Positions 57,949 to 64,000 of a DNA stretch of 64,000 nucleotides are shown in pieces. The stretch is from NCBI GenBank assembly GCA_963724765.1, contig CAVRVY010000003.1, positions 1,248,001 to 1,312,000 of the forward strand, read 5' to 3'. Both the position numbers and the translations under genes were made by a program. The notes beneath the pieces were generated by a model. That model was not told the DNA's origin. It saw only the letters and a program-made list of their open reading frames with translations, and searched no databases. Position 1 is the stretch's first letter. Each line of letters opens with the position of its first letter. The stretch is from an uncultured delta proteobacterium (GTDB taxonomy: Bacteria > Desulfobacterota > Binatia > Binatales > Binataceae).

Positions 57949-59409
57949 ATGGCCGTGAAATATTTGGCGCTGATTCTCGCGATCGCGGCGCTCAGCCTGT
58001 TCGCAGGTTGGGCGGCGACCAGCGCGGGCAGCGACGACGCGCACACCCAGGCCAAGGTTCACCCCCCAGCCGCGGGCAAGAGCGCGGCCTACGTTCAGGG
58101 CGCCAGCCGCGACTACGCCACGGCGGCAGCCAGCTACGACGGGCTCGAGCGCTATTCGACCTGGGAAAATTCGGACGGTAAATCGGCGACTTACGAGCCC
58201 GAAGGGCCTTTTACCGCCGAGAACCCATTCTTCGAGCCGATGGGAACCAACGGACGCTCGTGTGTCACCTGTCACAATCCGAGTGCCGGATGGACGATCA
58301 CGCCGGTGCAGATTCGCGCGCGCTTCGAGGCCAGCCACGGCACCGATCCGCTGTTCCGGCCAATCGACGGCGCCACCTGTCCCGATGCCGACGTATCGAC
58401 CCCGGCGGCGATGAAGAAGACGTACAGCCTGCTGCTCAACAAGGGGCTCATCCGAATCGGTATCCCGATACCGCCGAGTGCCGAGTTCTCGGTGGTCAAG
58501 GTGGACGACCCATACCACTGCACCAGGCTGAGCAGTCCGCGCAGCGGGGTGCTTTCGGTCTACCGCCGCCCGCTACAGGCGACCAATCTGCGTTTCGAGG
58601 ACTCGCTCATGTGGGACGGGCGCATGGGCGACCTCGAGCATCAGGCCAATGACGCCGTGCGCAATCACGAACAGGCTATCGATGGGCCGATGCCTGACCA
58701 GCTTGCACGGATGATCGAATTCGAGACCGGTACTTACGACGCACAGACCTGGGTGCCCAAGGCGGGCTCGCTGCAGGACGGCGGCGTGGGCGGCGGGCCG
58801 GTCGCACTCTCGCGCGAACCGTTCTTTATCGGGATTAACGATCCCTTTGGCAACAATCCCACCGGCGAGCAGACCTCGCTGCACGTGTTCAACCTCTACG
58901 ACCTGTGGCGCGGCGATTCCAATCCCGCGCGGGCGCGGATTGCGCGCGGTCAGGCGATCTTCAACGCGACCCCGATGATTATCGGGGGAGTCCCCGGCCT
59001 CGACGACGCCGAGGACCATCCGACTCACGAGGGCTTCTGCACCACCTGCCACGACACGCCGAACGTAGGTAACCGCTCGATCAACATACTGATGAATATC
59101 GGTACGGCGGATGTCACGCGCCGCACGCCCGACATGCCGCTGTTCACGCTGCGATGCGACGCCGGCGCGCTCAAGGGTCAGACGTTCCAGGTGATCGACC
59201 CGGGTCAGGCGCTGATTACCGGCAAGTGCACCGATATCGGACGGTTCAAAACCTCCAGCCTGCGCGGGCTTGCCTCGCGACCGCCGTACTTTCATGACGG
59301 GCAATCGGCCACGCTGATGGACGTGGTGAACTTCTACAACGACCGCTTTCAGGTCGGGCTCACGACCGAAGAGAAGGAAGACCTGGTCGCGTTCCTCAAG
59401 ACGCTGTAG
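57949..59409 (+). CDS. Periplasmic di-heme cytochrome c, bCCP/MauG superfamily
   Basis: Signal peptide; CVTCH and CTTCH; LMWDGR; FKTSSLRGL...PYFHDG...VVNFY; EKEDLVAFLKTL. Confidence 0.88.
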   Translation: MAVKYLALILAIAALSLFAGWAATSAGSDDAHTQAKVHPPAAGKSAAYVQGASRDYATAAASYDGLERYSTWENSDGKSATYEPEGPFTAENPFFEPMGTNGRSCVTCHNPSAGWTITPVQIRARFEASHGTDPLFRPIDGATCPDADVSTPAAMKKTYSLLLNKGLIRIGIPIPPSAEFSVVKVDDPYHCTRLSSPRSGVLSVYRRPLQATNLRFEDSLMWDGRMGDLEHQANDAVRNHEQAIDGPMPDQLARMIEFETGTYDAQTWVPKAGSLQDGGVGGGPVALSREPFFIGINDPFGNNPTGEQTSLHVFNLYDLWRGDSNPARARIARGQAIFNATPMIIGGVPGLDDAEDHPTHEGFCTTCHDTPNVGNRSINILMNIGTADVTRRTPDMPLFTLRCDAGALKGQTFQVIDPGQALITGKCTDIGRFKTSSLRGLASRPPYFHDGQSATLMDVVNFYNDRFQVGLTTEEKEDLVAFLKTL

Positions 59410-59451
59410 CGCTTGCGCGCTTCGCTGTATCGTGCACGCGGTTTCCCAACT

Positions 59452-59844
59452 CTAGTCCTTGAGCATCGCGACGCACTTGATCTCGACCATCAAACCCGGC
59501 ATCGCCAGCGCCGTGACGCCGACTCCGGTCCAGGCCGGATACTCACCGGTGTAGTAACGATCCTTGACGGTGATGAAAAGCTGAAGGTCGCGCATGTCGG
59601 TATGGTAGGTGACCATCTCGACCACGTCGTCAAACGTGGCGCCAGCAGCGGTCAGCACCTTTTTCAGATTTTCGAAGGCCTGGACGAATTGCGCCTCTTT
59701 GCCCTCGACCACGTTGAGGTTTGCGTCGCGTCCCACCTGTCCGGCGATGAAGAGCAGGTTGCCCGCTTTTACACCGGGATTGTAATGGAAGCGCTGCTTG
59801 ATCACTTCCATCTCTTTGGGGACGACGTTTGTGCGCCTGGTCAT
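59452..59844 (-). CDS. RidA/YjgF family protein
   Basis: LFIAGQVG, AFENL, YPAWTGVGV, VEIK; GAGGAG RBS. Confidence 0.9.
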   Translation of the reverse strand: MTRRTNVVPKEMEVIKQRFHYNPGVKAGNLLFIAGQVGRDANLNVVEGKEAQFVQAFENLKKVLTAAGATFDDVVEMVTYHTDMRDLQLFITVKDRYYTGEYPAWTGVGVTALAMPGLMVEIKCVAMLKD

Positions 59845-59901
59845 GGTTGGTCTCCTCGGCTAGCTCGTATCAACACCGTCACTCGGAGGGCCACTTGAAT
59901 T

Positions 59902-60756
59902 TCACTTGTCATATTCCTCATACATCTGAAGCACCGCTTCCGTCTCGGCATCGGCCGGATAGAAGACTTCAACATGCAATTCCTGTAGCGTGACGTCGTG
60001 CGGCGTCGCGACGGTTGTGACCGTGCTGAACATCCGCGCGATCTTGCCGTTCAGCTTCAGTTCCATAGGCAGGATCAATTCGTGCGGCGCCTCGAGTTCG
60101 GGTTCGCGCCAGCGGGCTGGAACGCCCGGGTAACTCAATATTTCCGCGATCAGCTCTTTCAGCCTATCGTCGCGAGCCCACGCCAGCCGCCGATAGGCCT
60201 CATTTAGCAATGATCTGGCGATCGCCTCCCAATTCACGATGATCTTGCGCACGCCGTTGGGGTCGAAAAGCAGGCGCAGCACGTTCAACCGTGGCGGCGT
60301 CGATACGCCGAGCGGTAGCAGGCCCGCCGGCGCTTTGCCCAAAGTGACGGTCAGGAATCGGACAAAAGCGCCGTTGGCCATCACCACGTTCCAGTGACGA
60401 TCGTGAGCGATTGCGCTGCGCGGCTCGTTGGACCTGAGAATTACTTCGACCGCGGCGCGCACCTGGGTCATTCGCGGATCGTCCAAACTGGTCTCGCCGT
60501 AAACCGGCGCGTAGCCTGCCGCCAGCAGCAGAAAGTTTCGTTCTCGCAGAGGCACATCGAGCACGTTCGATAGTGTCAGGAGCATCTCCCTGCTTGGCTC
60601 CGCTCTGCCGGTTTCGAGAAAGCTGATGTGACGGGCGGAAACCTGCGCTTCCAACGCCAACTCGAGCTGGCTCAAATGACGCGATTCGCGCCAACGGCGC
60701 AGGAGCGGTCCGACCCCGCCTGGTTCTACGGCCATTCCATTGCGCTGAACATCCAT
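59902..60756 (-). CDS. XRE-family HTH regulator with MmyB-like ligand-binding domain
   Basis: LSQLELALEAQVSARHISFLETGRAEPSR, LLAAGYAP, DVTLQELHVEVFYPAD. Confidence 0.92.
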   Translation of the reverse strand: MDVQRNGMAVEPGGVGPLLRRWRESRHLSQLELALEAQVSARHISFLETGRAEPSREMLLTLSNVLDVPLRERNFLLLAAGYAPVYGETSLDDPRMTQVRAAVEVILRSNEPRSAIAHDRHWNVVMANGAFVRFLTVTLGKAPAGLLPLGVSTPPRLNVLRLLFDPNGVRKIIVNWEAIARSLLNEAYRRLAWARDDRLKELIAEILSYPGVPARWREPELEAPHELILPMELKLNGKIARMFSTVTTVATPHDVTLQELHVEVFYPADAETEAVLQMYEEYDK

Positions 60757-60791
60757 AGCAAGTAGCCCTAGCAACGGGCGGTCAGCAGCGT

Positions 60792-60812
60792 CGATTACCT
60801 CGGAGGTAATCG
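60792..60812. promoter_or_regulatory. Palindromic operator upstream of XRE regulator
   Basis: Perfect 10-1-10 CGATTACCTC-G-GAGGTAATCG. Confidence 0.75.
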
Positions 60813-60957
60813 CCTGAGCACGGTTATCGCACCATACGCGGCCGTAAGGCGAGCGATTGTGCGGGCGCAGCGATCTGACGGACCGGCGCTCCGCCCGGTC
60901 ATCGCCCGAAGGCGCGCGAAAGCAGAGCGTCGGTCCGTCCCTGTTTCGGCGAGCCGT

Positions 60958-61344
60958 CTAACTGCTCTTCACGTAGCCCATCGCCTCGATAATCTGGGCG
61001 CCGCGGACTCGCATCAGATTCACGCCGCGCACGGAATTGTTCTCGCCCGCGCCCCAGAAATAGCGCCATCTAATTATCGCGCGGTCGCCGGCCACCAACA
61101 CCTCCTCCGGTTCGAAGTGCGTTCCGGACTCTCCCGCGAGCCGTTGCCATACGTCTAGACACGCCTGGCGTCCGACGTGGCGAGAACCGTTGGGCGCGGG
61201 CCGCGTGCTTTCGATTATGCAGTCCTCCGCAACCAGTTCCGTGAGAGCATCCGGGTCATGACGCTGAAAAGCCTGGTTGAAGCGCCGCATCACCTCGGAC
61301 GTATGACTGACGGTTTGAGCATTTTCTCCATTCATCTCGTTCAT
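60958..61344 (-). CDS. NTF2/SnoaL-like protein
   Basis: FNQAFQRHD...VRGVNLMRVR...GYVK pattern. Confidence 0.85.
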   Translation of the reverse strand: MNEMNGENAQTVSHTSEVMRRFNQAFQRHDPDALTELVAEDCIIESTRPAPNGSRHVGRQACLDVWQRLAGESGTHFEPEEVLVAGDRAIIRWRYFWGAGENNSVRGVNLMRVRGAQIIEAMGYVKSS

Positions 61345-61364
61345 TAAGATCGCTCCGTTGTTGG

Positions 61365-61394
61365 ACAGGCGGCCGCGTGAAGGCGGCCGCCTGT
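61365..61394. other. Intercistronic 12-bp GC hairpin
   Basis: acaggcggccgc-gtgaag-gcggccgcctgt between two co-oriented NTF2 genes. Confidence 0.55.
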
Positions 61395-61431
61395 TCGCGT
61401 TCGCGTTTCGCCGCTCCCGATCGTAGAAACC

Positions 61432-61833
61432 TCACTCCTTCGGCAGGGCAGAGAAGTGCGCACTTACGATCTTCCAGTCCCTGCCTTTCTTGACGTAAAC
61501 CCAGGTCGAGCGGCCGCACTGCACTCGCGCGAGACCTCCGCCCTTGGGGACCGTGGTGAGACGGTCGTAAGCATTGACCACCACCGTGGTATCGCTGACC
61601 GCCCGATATGAGGACTGATGGAACGTGAAGGTGGTTGACTCCGCGCCGGCTACGGCGCTCTGCAGATACTCGAGAAACCGGCCCTTACCCTCGAACAGGT
61701 ATGCGACATGATCGAAGACCTCCACGTCGTCGTCGAGGGCATTCACGAAAGGCGCGAAATCTCCCTTGGCGGCCGCGGCAAGAACCTGTTCATTTACCTG
61801 CTGGGCTTCTTCTTTCGGCGACATTTGAATCAT
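61432..61833 (-). CDS. NTF2-like (DUF4440/SnoaL_3) protein
   Basis: RSTWVYVKKGRDWKIVSAHFS C-terminus; AAGGAG RBS. Confidence 0.85.
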   Translation of the reverse strand: MIQMSPKEEAQQVNEQVLAAAAKGDFAPFVNALDDDVEVFDHVAYLFEGKGRFLEYLQSAVAGAESTTFTFHQSSYRAVSDTTVVVNAYDRLTTVPKGGGLARVQCGRSTWVYVKKGRDWKIVSAHFSALPKE

Positions 61834-61937
61834 CTCCTTGTGTGCGAAGCTTTTGGCTGCGTCGCTGTTTTTTTTGACGACGCGGCGGCGGTGTTCGCAT
61901 CACGAGTCGAATGTCGCCATTTCGTTCGCGCCGGACA

Positions 61938-61954
61938 ATTACTTCGGAGGTAAT
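61938..61954. promoter_or_regulatory. Second copy of XRE operator in divergent promoter region
   Basis: ATTACTTC-G-GAGGTAAT, one mismatch to the core of 60792-60812. Confidence 0.7.
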
Positions 61955-62086
61955 CAGGAATGTCGGACACGGGGCGAGGAGTTAACTGTCAGGCGCCGAC
62001 CCGTGAATTCAGGCGGTCGTATCGCCCGAGGGTGCAAATTTACCGTCGATGAAGTAGTCTCTGGCGCAAACTCAAGGAGAAAAGCT

Positions 62087-62380
62087 ATGAGCGTGATTGT
62101 TTTGGTCCAGGGCATTCCGCGTCCCGATCGCAAGGACGCGCTGGCGCAATACCAGCAGGCCGCTCGCGCGGTGATCGCCAAACATGGTGGCCAAGTGGTC
62201 GCGCGCGGCAGTGGCCTTGGCAGCTTTCATGGCGCGGGCAACTACCAGGTCGGAATCGTGCTTCGGTTCGCGGACAAGGCCGCGGCTGACGACTGGTACA
62301 ACGATCCCGACTATCGCAAAGTGCTGCCGCTGCGCGACGAAGCGTACGCGGCGCTGGAGATCAATATCTTTCAGGAATGA
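62087..62380 (+). CDS. DUF1330 family protein
   Basis: IAKHGG..VARG, VLRF.....A..WYNDPDY....PLR; AAGGAG RBS. Confidence 0.88.
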   Translation: MSVIVLVQGIPRPDRKDALAQYQQAARAVIAKHGGQVVARGSGLGSFHGAGNYQVGIVLRFADKAAADDWYNDPDYRKVLPLRDEAYAALEINIFQE

Positions 62381-62463
62381 AGCAATCGTATTCCGGGAAT
62401 GAAGTAGCGCCGCTCTAAATAGCGGCGGGCGGGCCTGGCCCGCCCTCGCGGAGCGTCACGGAC

Positions 62464-63978
62464 TTACATTTTTTTCCAGTCGTCCGATTGTTCGAAAGCC
62501 TCCGCGGCTCGATAGATGGTCGGTTCGTCGAAGTGCCTGCCGATCAGCATCAGTCCGGCCGGAAGCCCGTCGATCATGCCGCACGGGATTGACATCGCCG
62601 GATGATGGGTCAGGTCGAACGGCGCGGTATTCCCGATCATCTCCAGCGCCCGCGTGACGTATTCCTCCCGGCTGGCGTTCGGCTTGGGTAACGGCGTGGC
62701 CTTCATCGGAGTGGTCGGCATGAGCAGCAGATCGTACTTCGCCAGGACCTCGTCATAGGCCGCGCGGAGCCGGCGCACGATATTGATCGCCTTGCCGTAG
62801 TAACGCGATCCGTAATTCTCCCGCACATAGGTGCCCCACATCAGGAACAGCTTGGTCGTTTCTGAAAGCTCATTGGCGCGTTGGCGCCATCCGCGATGGA
62901 AGTCCATCAGCGAGGTCGAATAGAGATCGTCGCGGCTCACTCCGAAACCGTCGCCGTACATCATGGTTTGGGTGAGGCCTTCGATGCCGATAGGCGTCCA
63001 GATCGCGGCGCCCGCAAGATGCATCGGAATTGAAACTTCCTCGACGCTCGCGCCCACTGCGGCCAGGCGCTTTGCGCCCGCGCGTACTTTCTCATCGACG
63101 ACGCGTTCGGAATTGGGATGGCCGAAGCCTTCCTTGACGATTGCGATCTTGAGGCCCTTCGCGCCGCGCCCCAGCGCCTGCGAGTAGGGATGCACCTGCG
63201 GCGCCCTGATTCGAGAATCGTAGCCGTCGTCGCCCGCGATGACCTCCAGCAGCAGGGCGTTATCGGCGACATTGCCCGTCATCGGCCCGGTATGGTCGAC
63301 GAAAATCTCGATCGGCATGATTCCGGTGTAAGGGACCAGTCCCCACGTCGGTTTCATCCCGTATATGCCGCAGAACGACGACGGCATGCGGATGGAGCCG
63401 CCCTGGTCGCCGCCGATCGCCATATCGACTTCGCCGGCCGCTACCAGTGCGGCGCTGCCCGAAGAAGAGCCGCCCGCCGAGTACCCCATCTTGCGCGGAT
63501 TGTGCACGGCACCGGTGGCGTTGGTATGGCTTCCGCCGGAGAGGCAGAAAGACTCGCAATGGGCTTTGCCTACGATCTCTGCGCCCGCTTCCAGGATGCG
63601 CGTGACGATAGTGGCGTCGAAGTCGGGTACATAGCCCTCCATGGTCGCCGCGCCATTCATCATCGGCACGCCCGCGAGCATGATATTGTCCTTGAGGACG
63701 ACCGTCCTGCCCTTCAGCTTTCCCTCGGGCGCGCCTTTTATGGACGACTTGTAGTACCAGGCATTGTATTTGTTCTCCTCGGGGCCGGGCCGATAGCCCG
63801 GCGTGCGCGGATACTTGACCCGCGGCACTTCGTCGGGCATCGCGCCGACGGTGTTGTACGCCTCCACGTAGGTCGTGAACAGCGCGCGAAACGAATCCAC
63901 GCTGGCGTCATCCAGCGATAGTCCGCACCGTTGCGCCACCAAGCGCAGTTGTTCCCGGGTCGGCATCTGAACGGACAT
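62464..63978 (-). CDS. Amidase (amidase-signature family, aliphatic/nitrile-associated type)
   Basis: LKDN, GGSSSGS, GGDQGGSIRMPSSFCG, DHTGPM; AGAGAGGGG RBS. Confidence 0.95.
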   Translation of the reverse strand: MSVQMPTREQLRLVAQRCGLSLDDASVDSFRALFTTYVEAYNTVGAMPDEVPRVKYPRTPGYRPGPEENKYNAWYYKSSIKGAPEGKLKGRTVVLKDNIMLAGVPMMNGAATMEGYVPDFDATIVTRILEAGAEIVGKAHCESFCLSGGSHTNATGAVHNPRKMGYSAGGSSSGSAALVAAGEVDMAIGGDQGGSIRMPSSFCGIYGMKPTWGLVPYTGIMPIEIFVDHTGPMTGNVADNALLLEVIAGDDGYDSRIRAPQVHPYSQALGRGAKGLKIAIVKEGFGHPNSERVVDEKVRAGAKRLAAVGASVEEVSIPMHLAGAAIWTPIGIEGLTQTMMYGDGFGVSRDDLYSTSLMDFHRGWRQRANELSETTKLFLMWGTYVRENYGSRYYGKAINIVRRLRAAYDEVLAKYDLLLMPTTPMKATPLPKPNASREEYVTRALEMIGNTAPFDLTHHPAMSIPCGMIDGLPAGLMLIGRHFDEPTIYRAAEAFEQSDDWKKM

Positions 63979-64000
63979 GCGATTTACCCCCTCTCTGGTT

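Overview
GC-rich bacterial chromosomal window (gene content is reminiscent of soil Deltaproteobacteria-like lineages such as Binatota, but that is an impression, not a database result). It holds about 57 CDS and no rRNA, tRNA or CRISPR array that I can support. Left part: metH, an orphan GAF-PAS-PAS histidine kinase, a rubrerythrin / Fe-S oxidoreductase / DUF3501 cluster behind a perfect Fur-type box, a small glycan cluster (WecA-like fusion, cupin, gmd), and a scrambled complex I cluster encoding only the hydrophilic arm (nuoB-G-[MFS]-[14-bp repeat array]-I-C-D-EF fused). Middle and right: many lipid/aromatic catabolic and redox genes. The main accessory region is about 34.0-41.6 kb. A 71-bp perfect direct repeat flanks a DUF1254/DUF1214 gene that is split by a 2267-bp IS1595-family element (24-bp perfect TIRs, 8-bp TSD). 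Besides its transposase, the element carries a compact cargo: a leaderless two-gene unit, a convergently overlapping small Cys-rich YjzC-like gene with a ~335-nt structured leader, and a predicted ~68-nt antisense sRNA with its own promoter and terminator inside that leader. An McrBC-like pair with an atypical N-terminal domain follows. The IS cargo is my best candidate for an undescribed system (antisense-controlled toxin/defence-like module); its function is inference only.
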